Source of the DNA: Bacteroidia bacterium
GTDB lineage: Bacteria; Bacteroidota; Bacteroidia; NS11-12g; UBA9320
Length of the DNA stretch: 64,000 nucleotides
NCBI GenBank assembly: GCA_029268695.1
Contig: JAQWNJ010000022.1
Span: 45,560-109,559, forward strand
Direction: 5' to 3'
Part shown: piece after piece, positions 10,074 through 20,928 of the stretch
Numbering within the stretch: position 1 is the stretch's first letter
Layout of the letters: each line of letters opens with the position of its first letter
The notes under the pieces: model-generated
What the model saw: the letters and a program-made list of their open reading frames with translations, nothing else
What the model was told of the DNA's origin: nothing
Database searches by the model: none
Made by a program: the position numbers and the translations under genes

Positions 10074-11413
10074 AGATTTCTTACAGCTCTTTTAAATTGA
10101 TTTCCTCTGTCTTCAAAATTTTCAAACAGATCAAAACTGGCACATGCCGGAGATAACAAAACCGTCTCTCCTTTTTCACCTAAACCATAGGCAATATTAA
10201 CTGCTTCTTGAGCAGAACTTGCATTAATCATCATATCAACATCTTTCCTGAATGCTTTATGTAAATTCAGGTTATTTTTACCCAAGCATACAATGATTCT
10301 TACTTTCTCCTTAATTAGTGGGCTTAATGATTCATAATCATTGCCTTTATCCACTCCACCTGCAATCCAAATAATTGGGTCTTCAACGCTTTCTAATGCA
10401 TACCATGCTGCATTGACATTCGTTGCTTTACTGTCATTAACAAAACTTATTCCTTTCACTTTGGAAACAAATTCTAATCGATGCTCTACATTTTTAAAAT
10501 CCAGTAAACTCTCACGTATGGTCTCTTTTCTTATAAGTAGAGAATTAGCGATAATTGAAGCAGCCATCGAGTTATACGTGTTGTGTCTACCGGCTATAGT
10601 AAGTTGATCTAATGACATATTGAAGTTAATTTTTGGGTTTGTTAATTGAATATTTAATTGATTATTTTCTACCCAAGCACCTTGATCTAATGGCCCATTA
10701 TCATATGTAAATGGTATCAGATCAGCTGGGGTAGCATGATTTTTTAGTTGGTTTGTGATTTCATCGTCATCTGCACAAAAAATAAATTTTTGATTAGCGT
10801 CTTGATTTAAATTGATTCGTAGCTTAGCGTCAATATAGTCTTGATAGGTTGCATATCGATCAAGGTGATCTGGCGAGATATTAAGTAGAACAGCATAATC
10901 CAGAGCTACTGTATGCATTCCATCCAATTGAAAACTACTCAATTCGAGCACATAGTATTCGTAGTTTTCAAGAGCAACCTGTTTTGCAAAACTATAGCCC
11001 ACATTTCCAGCCAAGCCAACTGATAAACCAGCACTCTTTAAAATGCTGTAAGTCAACATTGTTGTCGTGGTTTTTCCATTTGTTCCAGTAATACCTATTA
11101 ATGAAGCATTCGTGTAATTTACTGCAAACTCAATCTCAGATACAATTGGAATGTTCACTGAAGTAGCGGCTACAACAATTGGAGCTTTGTCACTTATACC
11201 AGGACTTTTAATAATTTTACTAGAGGATTTTATGAGCATCTCATCATGACCATTTTCCTCGTATTTGATTCCATATTTATCAAGCTCAGCCTTATATTTA
11301 GGTTGAATCTGATTGTAATCAGAAACCCAAACATCAAAGCCTTGTTTTTGAGCCAGAATAGCTGAACCTACTCCACTCTCACCGGCACCTAATATGGATA
11401 TTAATTCACTCAA
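10070..11413 (-). CDS. murD: UDP-MurNAc-L-Ala--D-glutamate ligase
   Basis: GAGESG, ITGTNGKTTT, ELSSFQL, DHLDRY, NDSKATN, LSPACASFD. Confidence 0.99.
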   Translation of the reverse strand: MSELISILGAGESGVGSAILAQKQGFDVWVSDYNQIQPKYKAELDKYGIKYEENGHDEMLIKSSSKIIKSPGISDKAPIVVAATSVNIPIVSEIEFAVNYTNASLIGITGTNGKTTTTMLTYSILKSAGLSVGLAGNVGYSFAKQVALENYEYYVLELSSFQLDGMHTVALDYAVLLNISPDHLDRYATYQDYIDAKLRINLNQDANQKFIFCADDDEITNQLKNHATPADLIPFTYDNGPLDQGAWVENNQLNIQLTNPKINFNMSLDQLTIAGRHNTYNSMAASIIANSLLIRKETIRESLLDFKNVEHRLEFVSKVKGISFVNDSKATNVNAAWYALESVEDPIIWIAGGVDKGNDYESLSPLIKEKVRIIVCLGKNNLNLHKAFRKDVDMMINASSAQEAVNIAYGLGEKGETVLLSPACASFDLFENFEDRGNQFKRAVRNL

Positions 11414-12664
11414 TTATCTTAGTTTGAAGGTTATTATGGTGAATATGGCTAAGATGATTCCTACAATCCAGAATCGGGTTACGATCTTGGGCTCTGCATA
11501 TCCGAGCTTTTGATAATGATGGTGAAGTGGTGACATCTTAAATATTCGTCTCCCCTCACCGAACTTCTTCTTGGTATACTTGAAATAACTGACTTGTATC
11601 ATAACACTCAAGTTTTCAATTAAAAAGATGCCGCATAGAATGGGAAGAACTAATTCTTTTCGAATCATCAACGCCAAGACAGCGATAATTCCCCCAAGTG
11701 CAAGGCTACCTGTATCTCCCATAAAAACTTGAGCTGGGAAACTATTGTACCACAAAAAGCCAATACAAGCTCCTGTGAAAGCTGCTGCAAAAATTACTAG
11801 TTCACCCTGATTAGGTATAAACATGATATTGAGATAATCAGAGAATATTAAGTTACCACTTATAAATGCTAAAACTGCTAATGTTATCCCAATTATCGCT
11901 GAGCTACCCGCAGCCAATCCATCTATTCCATCCGTTAAATTAGCCCCATTACTCACTGCTGTAATAACCAGAACAGCTATTACCATAAATACCACCCATG
12001 CCCATTTATTGGCCTTTGTTTCATTCATCCAAAATAAAAATTTTGAATAATCTACCTCATGAGTCTTAATAAATGGAAGTGTCGTTGTTGTACTTTTTAC
12101 ATCTTTAAAATACATCAATTGACCATTGATATTTTTCATCTCTACATCGGCAGGTGCCTCATTTATCGTGTTTATTTTGTATTGCTCTCTGACAACGACA
12201 CTATCATTAAAATGAAGTACTAACGCCACAATAATTCCAAGGCCAACTTGACCTATGATTTTAAATCTACCAGCCAACCCAGCTTTGTCCTTTTTATAAA
12301 TCTTTATGTAATCGTCTATAAAACCAATTAACCCTAACCAAATGGTACTAAAAATCATAAGTAGCACATAGACATTATTAAGTTTAGCAAATAATAATGT
12401 TGGAATTAGAATTGCAGCCAATATGATGAGACCTCCCATTGTTGGTGTTCCACGCTTAGCTTCCTCTCCTTTTAGACCGAGTGTGCGAATGGTCTCAGCA
12501 GCTTGCAAGTCTTGCAACTTTGCAATCAGTCTTTTACCAAACAGCAATGAAATAATTAGAGATACAATTACGGCAAGTGATGCACGAAATGAAATATACT
12601 GAAAGACTCCCGCTCCAGGCAGATTATATACTTCTTCTAAATATTCAAATAAATGATACAGCAT
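11414..12664 (-). CDS. mraY: Phospho-MurNAc-pentapeptide transferase
   Basis: [33 protein letters not shown]. Confidence 0.99.
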   Translation of the reverse strand: MLYHLFEYLEEVYNLPGAGVFQYISFRASLAVIVSLIISLLFGKRLIAKLQDLQAAETIRTLGLKGEEAKRGTPTMGGLIILAAILIPTLLFAKLNNVYVLLMIFSTIWLGLIGFIDDYIKIYKKDKAGLAGRFKIIGQVGLGIIVALVLHFNDSVVVREQYKINTINEAPADVEMKNINGQLMYFKDVKSTTTTLPFIKTHEVDYSKFLFWMNETKANKWAWVVFMVIAVLVITAVSNGANLTDGIDGLAAGSSAIIGITLAVLAFISGNLIFSDYLNIMFIPNQGELVIFAAAFTGACIGFLWYNSFPAQVFMGDTGSLALGGIIAVLALMIRKELVLPILCGIFLIENLSVMIQVSYFKYTKKKFGEGRRIFKMSPLHHHYQKLGYAEPKIVTRFWIVGIILAIFTIITFKLR

Positions 12665-14121
12665 TATTCTTTTAATAGTTTTAGGTTTTGGGTTAAAATT
12701 TCTTTGTCGTCAAAAGGATGTTTTACACCCATTATATCTTGATAAGTTTCATGTCCTTTCCCAGCCACAAGAATGATATCACCTTTATTGCTGAGACTGA
12801 TTGCTGTCTTAATAGCCTCCTCCCTGTTAGTTATCTTTAGTACCTTTTTGAAGTGTCTTGGATCTACTCCTAACATCATATCAGAAATGATTTCATCAGC
12901 ATCCTCTGTTCTGGGATTATCAGAGGTAAAAATCACTTTCGTTGAAGAATCACAAGCAATTTTTGCCATGATAGGTCGTTTGCCTTTATCTCTATCTCCT
13001 CCACACCCAATAACAGTTATCAACTCCTCATTAGTGGTCCGAATGGCATTAATTGTATCCAATACATTCTGAATAGCATCCGGGGTATGAGCATAATCGA
13101 CAATGGCGGTTATACCAGATTCTTTTATATTTTGGAATCGACCATCAACACTGTTTATTGCACTGAGTGCTGTTATGATTTCTAAATGTTCCTTACCGAG
13201 TAAAAATGCAGTTGAATAAACAGCTAAAACATTGTATGCATTAAACTTACCTACTAATCTCAACCACACTTCTGAGTCACTGATATTTAAAAGCATACCA
13301 TCAAAATCGTGCTCAACAATTTTGGTCTTGAAATCACTAAATGATTTGAGGCTATAAGTATAAGAACTCGCTAATGTATTTTGAACCATCACTTTTGCAT
13401 TTTTATCGTCCTTATTAGTTAATGCAAAAGCTGAAGTATCTAAGTGGTCAAAAAGTGTTTTTTTGGTATATAAATATTCTTTAAAATCTGTGTGATAATC
13501 CAGATGATCACGGGTTATATTCGTAAATATTGCACCGTCAAATTTTAACCCTGCCGTCCTATTCTGGTGAAGAGCATGAGAACTCACTTCCATAAATGCA
13601 TATTCACAGCCATCATCAACCATATCTGCTAACAATTCATTTATTCGAATGCTATTGGGCGTAGTGTGAGTACTGATGGTATCAACTCCATTAATGCTAT
13701 ATTTAATGGTAGACAACAATCCACAATTGTGATCTAAATTTCGAAAACACTCATAAAGCATTGATGCTACTGAAGTTTTTCCATTGGTGCCTGTCACCCC
13801 GATCAGCTTAAGTTGGTTACTTGGATTATCATAAAATGCTGAAGCAATTAGACCTAATGTCTTGGCTGAATTTTCAACCACTAAGTAAGTAACATGATCT
13901 TTTGGATTAACTACTTCCTCACATAAGATTACAGCAGCTCCTAATCCAATTGCTTTTTCTATGAATAAATGACCATCTGTATTAGCACCACGAGTTGCAG
14001 CAAATAAGTTATCAGATTGTACCATTCTGGAGTCAAGAGCAAGCCCAGAAATTTGAACATTTTTGGATCCGAACGAATCTATTAATTCAATAGCAGATAT
14101 GAGTGAATCTAGACTTTTCAA
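12664..14121 (-). CDS. murE: UDP-MurNAc-tripeptide (meso-DAP) ligase
   Basis: [33 protein letters not shown] (DAP-specificity motif), AGKGHE. Confidence 0.98.
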   Translation of the reverse strand: MKSLDSLISAIELIDSFGSKNVQISGLALDSRMVQSDNLFAATRGANTDGHLFIEKAIGLGAAVILCEEVVNPKDHVTYLVVENSAKTLGLIASAFYDNPSNQLKLIGVTGTNGKTSVASMLYECFRNLDHNCGLLSTIKYSINGVDTISTHTTPNSIRINELLADMVDDGCEYAFMEVSSHALHQNRTAGLKFDGAIFTNITRDHLDYHTDFKEYLYTKKTLFDHLDTSAFALTNKDDKNAKVMVQNTLASSYTYSLKSFSDFKTKIVEHDFDGMLLNISDSEVWLRLVGKFNAYNVLAVYSTAFLLGKEHLEIITALSAINSVDGRFQNIKESGITAIVDYAHTPDAIQNVLDTINAIRTTNEELITVIGCGGDRDKGKRPIMAKIACDSSTKVIFTSDNPRTEDADEIISDMMLGVDPRHFKKVLKITNREEAIKTAISLSNKGDIILVAGKGHETYQDIMGVKHPFDDKEILTQNLKLLKE

Positions 14122-16190
14122 TTTAATCGGATATAAACAGTTTGACTTTTATGGATAACAGCCCCAGGCTTGGGACTCTGCTCTACTACTCTCCCTCTTC
14201 CAGCTACAATCGGTTTTAACCCTAAGAGCTCTGACACGTATACCGCATCCTTAACACCAAAATTTCTAAAATCGGGCATTTTACCCTCTTCGACTACAAC
14301 ATCTTCCGTCATACTATTATTGGAATTCACCCTTACAAAATCTGCAGATGAATTTTCATCCATAATGTATCCAAGTTGATTGTTAATAATTTTTATATCC
14401 TTAAAAAATCCAGCATGATAATTAGGCTTATAAATCAAAGAATCCACAACCTCTTTTTTAACACTAATTGTAAAAATCTTTTTGGCTACCTCGGAAAAAA
14501 CTGGAGCAGCAACATAAGAAGCATAAAATATTCCATTGCTGGGCTTGTTGACCATGACATAAATAGAATATTCAGGTTTCATTGCTGGAAAGTGGCCAAC
14601 AAAACTTGCATTGTACATTTTTGCCTTTTGATAACCACTGGAGGAAGCTATCTGTGCTGTTCCTGTTTTCCCTCCCATAGTAACTACATCACTCCTCACA
14701 TTTCTTGCAGAACCACTGATAAATACCTCAGCAGTTAATTCTTTTATTTTTTTAGAAGTTTCTTCCGAACAAACACGAACTGTTTTATTTGAATTATTGT
14801 TTTCCTTTATTATAATACCTGCATCAGTAACAGAGCTAACAATTTGTGGTCTAATCATAATCCCATCATTGATAATTCCGTTATAAGCAGTTAGTAACTG
14901 AAGTGGCGTATGTTGATTTTCGTACCCAATAGCCAACCATGGTAGAGTCAATTGAGACCAACTAGAGCTAGCCGGATGATTCAAAAAGGGATCTGGCTCA
15001 CCTAATATTTCGATACCCGTTGGCTTATCTAAATCTAATTTTTTTAAATATGATATATAATTACTTGGCTTACTTGAGTAATTATCAAAAATTACTGAAG
15101 AAAAAGCAACGTTACTAGACCTTGCAAAAGCCTGCTTAAAACTCATTTTTTTGAATCTTCCTTTATCAGAATCTTGCATTTTTTTTCCGAAATATTCTCG
15201 AACTCCATTCTGAATATCCATAGAATCATTGGGACTAATTAATTCATCTTCAAATGCGGCCATAGCAGAAAAAACCTTCCAAACACTTCCCGGCTCATAA
15301 CTCTCTCCAATACTATAATTATACTGCTCACTATATACTCCTTCTTCTCTTTTTGATAAGTTTGATATAGCCTTTATCTCCCCTGTCGATACCTTCATTA
15401 CAATTACACAACCATGATCAGCTTTATGCTTGATCAATGACTTTTCGAGTGACCGTTGAGCTATTTCTTGAAAATCAATATTGATGGTCGTATGAATATC
15501 TCTCCCGTTTTTTGGCTCAATCAAATTTTCATCATTCAATGGACGATATCCCCCTGATATTTTTTGCACTAATCGCTTCCCTTTAACGCCTCCTAAATCG
15601 TCGTTATAAGTTCGTTCTAAACCAACCCCTAGGTTATCTTTTGTTCGATAACCAATTGTTCTAAAAGCTAGATTCCCTGCAGGTTTTACTCGCTTAGTAT
15701 TCAACTCTGCCATAAATCCACCTCGGTATCTCCCTTTTCTGAAAATCGGAAAGTCCCTCATCGTCTTTTGCTCGTGATAATTGACTTTTCTTCTAATGAG
15801 AACATATCTGCTTTTGGACTTTTTAGCTGTATTTAGTTTTGACTTATAGTACAAACTGGTTTTATCTGGAAATAAACGAGCCAATTGTTGAGCTAATTCA
15901 TTAACATAAAAATGAAATGTATCATCATTAACAACAGTTGCATCCCATCTGATTTCATATATGGGCATTGATGTAGAAAGTAGGCTTCCATTATCAGAAT
16001 AAATATTACCTCTGGCTGGACTAATGTCTTGATGACGAATCGTAATACTGTCTGACATTACTAACCACTTATTCCCTTCAACTAATTGAATCCGAAACAT
16101 CTGAAAAGAAACCCAAAACGCGAATAATACCACCACACCCATACCAAATACCACACGCCATGTTATACTCTTTTTAATATTATTCGCCAT
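14118..16190 (-). CDS. ftsI: Class B penicillin-binding protein FtsI with C-terminal PASTA domain
   Basis: EPGSVWK (SxxK), SSN (SxN), KTGTAQ; PASTA-like tail. Confidence 0.96.
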   Translation of the reverse strand: MANNIKKSITWRVVFGMGVVVLFAFWVSFQMFRIQLVEGNKWLVMSDSITIRHQDISPARGNIYSDNGSLLSTSMPIYEIRWDATVVNDDTFHFYVNELAQQLARLFPDKTSLYYKSKLNTAKKSKSRYVLIRRKVNYHEQKTMRDFPIFRKGRYRGGFMAELNTKRVKPAGNLAFRTIGYRTKDNLGVGLERTYNDDLGGVKGKRLVQKISGGYRPLNDENLIEPKNGRDIHTTINIDFQEIAQRSLEKSLIKHKADHGCVIVMKVSTGEIKAISNLSKREEGVYSEQYNYSIGESYEPGSVWKVFSAMAAFEDELISPNDSMDIQNGVREYFGKKMQDSDKGRFKKMSFKQAFARSSNVAFSSVIFDNYSSKPSNYISYLKKLDLDKPTGIEILGEPDPFLNHPASSSWSQLTLPWLAIGYENQHTPLQLLTAYNGIINDGIMIRPQIVSSVTDAGIIIKENNNSNKTVRVCSEETSKKIKELTAEVFISGSARNVRSDVVTMGGKTGTAQIASSSGYQKAKMYNASFVGHFPAMKPEYSIYVMVNKPSNGIFYASYVAAPVFSEVAKKIFTISVKKEVVDSLIYKPNYHAGFFKDIKIINNQLGYIMDENSSADFVRVNSNNSMTEDVVVEEGKMPDFRNFGVKDAVYVSELLGLKPIVAGRGRVVEQSPKPGAVIHKSQTVYIRLN

Positions 16191-16488
16191 GGACTTCTTT
16201 TATTACAGTAACTGCCCTATTAGGCTCTTTCACGTCTTTGTCTTTCAGTCTAACTTCAAGATTTTCTCGAAGTCTATTCTTCATGATATCAGATTTTAAC
16301 GTAATATTCTCCGCCCTCAATTCAATGAGGTTTTTCTTTGTTGATTCTATGTCTCTGACAATGTTATCTGTTCGATGAGATAAATAGATATAAGTGAGAG
16401 CTAGTGTGAATAAAAAAAAGAGATAATAAATCCACTCCGGCGAAAGCCTAAACTCTTGTGATGTGGCTGTTCTTTTCTCTTTAGTCAT
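16180..16488 (-). CDS. ftsL: FtsL-like cell division protein
   Basis: Single TM then coiled coil; between rsmH and ftsI. Confidence 0.8.
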   Translation of the reverse strand: MTKEKRTATSQEFRLSPEWIYYLFFLFTLALTYIYLSHRTDNIVRDIESTKKNLIELRAENITLKSDIMKNRLRENLEVRLKDKDVKEPNRAVTVIKEVHGE

Positions 16489-17396
16489 TAAATTTTCTCT
16501 GCTATTCTTAATTTGGCACTTCGAGCTCTTGAATTTTGCTCAATCTCTTCTTTGGTTGCTTCAATTGGCTTTTTATTTATTGCCTTATATAATCGAGTCA
16601 CTCTCCCAAAGTGGTCGCTTTGTCGGTCTCCTTCTACATTTCCTGTTTGGATTAAGTTTTTTACAATTCTGTCCTCCAAAGAATGATACGCCATCACAAC
16701 TAGTCTCCCTTGAGGTTTTAGCAATACTGTGGCCTGATTGAGAAGGGATTTTAATGTACTAATCTCACGATTAACTTCTATTCTTAATGCTTGATAAATC
16801 TTAGCCAACATCTTATTCTTCGATCGATCATTAGTGAATTTTGATACCGCTGCGATCAAATCTGCATTTCTTGTAATTGGTTGAATATCCCGATATGAAA
16901 TAATTGCATTCGCTATAGGAGAAGCCTTATCTAATTCACCATAAGACCTAAAAACTTTTGCCAATCTAGGCTGATCATAGGTGTTCAAAATGTCTACAGC
17001 AGATATTTCTGAAGAAGAATTCATCCGCATATCTAAATCAGATTCCTCAAATCGAAAAGAGAAACCGCGATCTTTTTCATTAAGATGATGAGAACTTACC
17101 CCTAAATCAGCTAACAAGCCATCAATTTCATTAAGCTTGTGATATGAACAAAAATTTGCTAAATACTCAAAATTGGCCTCACAAAAAATTAAACGTGGAT
17201 CATCAACCTTATTATCCAATGCATCCAAATCCTGATCAAAAGCTAATAAAATTCCTTTTTCACTTAGCTGGCTAAGAATTGCTCTTGAATGACCACCGCC
17301 GCCAAATGTGACATCAACGTATGTTCCGTCTGGATTTATATTTAACCCTTTAATGCACTCATCCAACATGACTGGAGCGTGATAACTATTCATCAT
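16488..17396 (-). CDS. rsmH: 16S rRNA C1402 N4-methyltransferase
   Basis: HAPVM, DVTFGGGGHS, DLGVSS, LDMRM, YQALRI, RARSAKLR; ATG at 17396 or 17393. Confidence 0.99.
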   Translation of the reverse strand: MMNSYHAPVMLDECIKGLNINPDGTYVDVTFGGGGHSRAILSQLSEKGILLAFDQDLDALDNKVDDPRLIFCEANFEYLANFCSYHKLNEIDGLLADLGVSSHHLNEKDRGFSFRFEESDLDMRMNSSSEISAVDILNTYDQPRLAKVFRSYGELDKASPIANAIISYRDIQPITRNADLIAAVSKFTNDRSKNKMLAKIYQALRIEVNREISTLKSLLNQATVLLKPQGRLVVMAYHSLEDRIVKNLIQTGNVEGDRQSDHFGRVTRLYKAINKKPIEATKEEIEQNSRARSAKLRIAEKI

Positions 17397-17856
17397 CACC
17401 TCCATTCTTGTCTCCCATTACATCTTCAGCAAGTTCAGCAAAATCATCTGCATCTACATTCATCATTTCATTATAATGATTTAGACCCCAAATTTCTATA
17501 CGATTACCATAAGCATAAAAGACAGCATCATTTTGAATTCCAGCATACTCACACAACTTTTTTGGAATCAGCATTCTTGAAGCATTATCTAAGTTGACCT
17601 CAGTCGCACCATTACTAAAATGCCGAATAAATAATCTATGTTTTTTATTAAAGTGATTCAATGAGCTCAAATTGCCAAGCTCAATATCCCAATCTTTTCG
17701 TGTGTATAGTGTAAGGCATTTTTCAAAACCTCGATTAACTACCAACTTATCAATTGCATCTTTTGGCAATTGCTTCTTCAAACCAGCTGGCAAAACTACC
17801 CGACCCTTGTCATCAAGCTTAGCAGCAAATTCTCCGATGTATAATGATTTGGACAC
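17386..17856 (-). CDS. mraZ: Transcriptional repressor MraZ
   Basis: LDDKGRVVLPA and LDNASRMLIP AbrB-like repeats; first gene of dcw. Confidence 0.97.
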   Translation of the reverse strand: MSKSLYIGEFAAKLDDKGRVVLPAGLKKQLPKDAIDKLVVNRGFEKCLTLYTRKDWDIELGNLSSLNHFNKKHRLFIRHFSNGATEVNLDNASRMLIPKKLCEYAGIQNDAVFYAYGNRIEIWGLNHYNEMMNVDADDFAELAEDVMGDKNGGDDE

Positions 17857-17895
17857 GTTTTATTGGTTTAATGCTGTAAAAATAAAACCAATTTT

Positions 17896-17920
17896 CCCAC
17901 TTTCTCCCACTATCTACCAC
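17896..17920 (-). promoter_or_regulatory. MraZ operator: three GTGG(G/T) direct repeats at 10-bp period
   Basis: Minus strand GTGGTAGATA GTGGGAGAAA GTGGG; matches the established MraZ GTGGG repeat upstream of mraZ. Confidence 0.85.
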
Positions 17921-17927
17921 TTTTTTA

Positions 17928-17935
17928 CAAAAATA
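17928..17935 (-). promoter_or_regulatory. dcw promoter -7 element TATTTTTG
   Basis: Exact TAnnTTTG just upstream of the MraZ boxes. Confidence 0.6.
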
Positions 17936-18064
17936 ATCCACACAAAATGTTAAGTTGCTGATAATCAATAACTTGAATACTTAAACAGATTCCCACATTT
18001 TTCGTTTAATCGTTTAGAAACGGATTAATTTCATTAAAAAATGATCTAAAAGTAAGTTTTATTC

Positions 18065-18100
18065 AAAAAAAAAGTGAGCCGTTAAGCTCACCTTTTTTTT
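18065..18100 (-). terminator. Intrinsic terminator of pnp (bidirectional shape)
   Basis: GTGAGC/GCTCAC stem, 6-nt loop, flanked by A9 and T8. Confidence 0.85.
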
Positions 18101-18125
18101 AATTTATTGAATTAACTAATCGATT

Positions 18126-20351
18126 TTATTTTCGATTATTTCTTCCTCGATTGTCGCGTCCTCTATTGTCTCTCCCACCTCTTCTATCACCACCATTTCG
18201 GTTGTTGTCTCTTCGCTCTCTTGGCGGACGTTCTACATATCCTTCAGGTTTTTCAAGAAGAACTTTTCTTGACAGACGAAGTTTACCGTTACGCTCATCG
18301 AACTCGATTAGCTTAACTTTTACTTCTTCGCCTTCCTCAAATACATCAGCCATGGACTCTAATCGTTCCCAGCTAATCTCTGATATGTGAAGTAATCCTT
18401 CTTTTCCAGGAAGAATTTCTACGAAAGCACCAAAATCAACAATTGACTTTATCTTACCAACATATTCTGTTCCTACTTCTGGATCCGTTATAATACCAAG
18501 AATCCATTCTTTCGCTGCCTCTATTGGACCACTACCAACACCAGAAATTTCTACAATACCAAAGTCGCCATCTTCTTCGATAGTTACTATAGCATCTGTT
18601 TCTTGCTGAATTTCTTGAATTACTTTCCCTCCAGAACCAATGACAGCACCAATTTTATCTTTAGGAATAGTCATTACTTCAATCTGAGGTGCGTGATCTT
18701 TCAACCCTTTGTTTGGTTTAGAAATGGTCTTTTCCATTTCGTTCAATATGTGCATACGACCTTCTTTGGCTTGCATGAGTGCCTCTTCAAGTACATCATA
18801 CGATAAACCGTCCACTTTCATATCCATTTGGCATGCATATATACCATCTTCGTTGCCTACAACTTTGAAGTCCATATCTCCCAAATGGTCCTCGTCTCCT
18901 AGAATATCTGAAAGAATTGCATATCGACCTTTATCATCGGCTACCATACCCATTGCAATACCAGAAACTCCGGCTTTCACTTGAATACCAGCATCCATCA
19001 TGGCCATACTACCAGCACATACTGTAGCCATAGAACTACTCCCATTGCTTTCTAAAATATCTGAAACGATTCGAAGTGTGTATGGAAAGTCGTCAGGTAT
19101 CATGCGTTTGAGTCCACGCTCAGCTAAATTACCATGACCTATCTCACGTCTACCAGGACCTCGATTTGGTCTTGCTTCACCTACTGAAAATGAAGGGAAG
19201 TTATAATGTAACATAAATTTACTAAATGACTTCTCTTGATAATTATCAATCATCTGCTGATCTAGTTTAGAACCTAACGTAACCGATGTTAATGATTGCG
19301 TCTCACCTCTTGTAAATAGTGCAGATCCGTGAACGGATGGAAGGTAATCAACTTCTGTCCATATTTGACGTACTTCATTTAATGCTCTACCGTCTAACCT
19401 CTGCTTATTGTCCAACATCATATTACGTACAGCCTCTTTCTTTGATTTACCGAGATACCTTTTTATCATAGTCATTTTAGTATCATCCGTATCCTCTGGT
19501 AAGGAGTCTACATATTCATTATCAATGGCTTTAAACTTTTCGGCACGTTCTTCTTTAACAGAAGGTGTTTTGGCTGCATCATAGTATTTTTGATAGGTAG
19601 CATCCATAACCTGCTTCTTCAATTCATCCGAATTAGTCTCGTGATTATATTCTCTTGGTGTCTTTCGACCACCCATTTGATCACATAGTGCTAACTGTGC
19701 TGCACAATCATTTTTGATGTGGGTATGTGCAAATTTGAGAGCCTCAACCATTTCCTTTTCAGAAATACCGTTCATCTCACCCTCTACCATATTAATATCT
19801 GCAGCTGTTCCAGCTACCATCAAATCAACATCTGAGTCTGCCATTTGACTGGCATAAGGATTAATTAGCCACTCTCCATTAATTCTACCAACTCTGAGAG
19901 CAGAAACAGGACCTTCAAATGGAATATCTGTAATGGTTAGTGCTGCAGAGGCAGCTAAACCAACCAGTGCATCCGGCATAACCTCTGAATCAGCAGAAAT
20001 TAATTGAATCATTACTTGAGTTTCAGAGTGATAATCAGATGGAAAAAGTGGTCGCAGTGTTCTATCTACAATTCTACAAACCAATATTTCTGCATTGGAC
20101 AGTCTTCCTTCTCTTCTCAAAAAACCACCCGGAATTCTTCCTCCAGCAGCAAACTTTTCTTGATAATCTACAGACATGGGGAGAAAATCTACTCCATCTC
20201 TAGCGTCTTTGTTAGAAACTATCGTTGCCAATAGTTTTAATTTTCCTTGAGAAACTACTACAGATCCATGTGCCTGACGTGCTAATTTCCCAGTTTCGAT
20301 GGTAATGTCTTTGCCATCACCATAACTTAATTTTTGTGTAAATACATTCAT
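18126..20351 (-). CDS. pnp: Polyribonucleotide nucleotidyltransferase
   Basis: DFLPMSVDYQE, RREIGHG, ESNGSSSMA, GDMDFKV, KH (IGSGGK) and S1 domains. Confidence 0.99.
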   Translation of the reverse strand: MNVFTQKLSYGDGKDITIETGKLARQAHGSVVVSQGKLKLLATIVSNKDARDGVDFLPMSVDYQEKFAAGGRIPGGFLRREGRLSNAEILVCRIVDRTLRPLFPSDYHSETQVMIQLISADSEVMPDALVGLAASAALTITDIPFEGPVSALRVGRINGEWLINPYASQMADSDVDLMVAGTAADINMVEGEMNGISEKEMVEALKFAHTHIKNDCAAQLALCDQMGGRKTPREYNHETNSDELKKQVMDATYQKYYDAAKTPSVKEERAEKFKAIDNEYVDSLPEDTDDTKMTMIKRYLGKSKKEAVRNMMLDNKQRLDGRALNEVRQIWTEVDYLPSVHGSALFTRGETQSLTSVTLGSKLDQQMIDNYQEKSFSKFMLHYNFPSFSVGEARPNRGPGRREIGHGNLAERGLKRMIPDDFPYTLRIVSDILESNGSSSMATVCAGSMAMMDAGIQVKAGVSGIAMGMVADDKGRYAILSDILGDEDHLGDMDFKVVGNEDGIYACQMDMKVDGLSYDVLEEALMQAKEGRMHILNEMEKTISKPNKGLKDHAPQIEVMTIPKDKIGAVIGSGGKVIQEIQQETDAIVTIEEDGDFGIVEISGVGSGPIEAAKEWILGIITDPEVGTEYVGKIKSIVDFGAFVEILPGKEGLLHISEISWERLESMADVFEEGEEVKVKLIEFDERNGKLRLSRKVLLEKPEGYVERPPRERRDNNRNGGDRRGGRDNRGRDNRGRNNRK

Positions 20352-20481
20352 AATTGTGCGGAAATACCGCTATGTTATTTTTAAATTGTCAACCATTTTT
20401 TATCTGCTTGATTGAAATTTAAAGCTATTGTTACCGAATGGTAATATGCTAGAAATTATTCGACTTGAAAATAAAAAATGT

Positions 20482-20506
20482 GGCACAAATCTTTATGCCT
20501 TACTTC
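20482..20506 (-). terminator. Possible weak hairpin after rpsO
   Basis: Minus strand GGCATA-AAGATT-TGTGCC followed by ACATTTTTT. Confidence 0.35.
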
Positions 20507-20566
20507 ACTTTCACGGTTGGGACTTTCTCCAGAAACTTCTATCAGCCTATAATTAGGGGGATAAGG

Positions 20567-20836
20567 TTATTTTCTGATACCTAGTTGTTTGATAAGCTCT
20601 CTGTAATGAACAATATCTTTTTTAGCTATATAATTCAATAGAGATCTTCTTTTACCTACAAGTTTAACAAGTGTCAACTCTGTAGAAAAATCTTTTTTGT
20701 TCTTCTTGAGATGTTCTGTTAGGTGGGAAATTCTGTGTGTGAACAAAGCTACTTGTGCTTCCGCATGACCAGTATTTTTGGCATCTCCACCGTACTGTGC
20801 TATTATTTCTGATTTCTTTTCCGCTGTTAATCGCAT
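20567..20836 (-). CDS. rpsO: 30S ribosomal protein S15
   Basis: NTGHAEAQVALFT..HL..KKD..LVGKRRSLL; adjacent to pnp. Confidence 0.99.
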   Translation of the reverse strand: MRLTAEKKSEIIAQYGGDAKNTGHAEAQVALFTHRISHLTEHLKKNKKDFSTELTLVKLVGKRRSLLNYIAKKDIVHYRELIKQLGIRK

Positions 20837-20872
20837 CGTATATAATTAATAAATATTTCTATTTAAGGGGTG

Positions 20873-20880
20873 CAAAAGTA
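20873..20880 (-). promoter_or_regulatory. rpsO -7 element TACTTTTG
   Basis: Exact TAnnTTTG 36 nt upstream of ATG. Confidence 0.6.
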
Positions 20881-20928
20881 TACTATTTTTTATGTAAATT
20901 TAGATTAAAGCTTAAAAAAATAGCAAAA

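Noticed and set aside
3144-17856. murF and ddl missing from the dcw cluster
   Set aside because: This is the usual Bacteroidota arrangement; the genes are normally elsewhere
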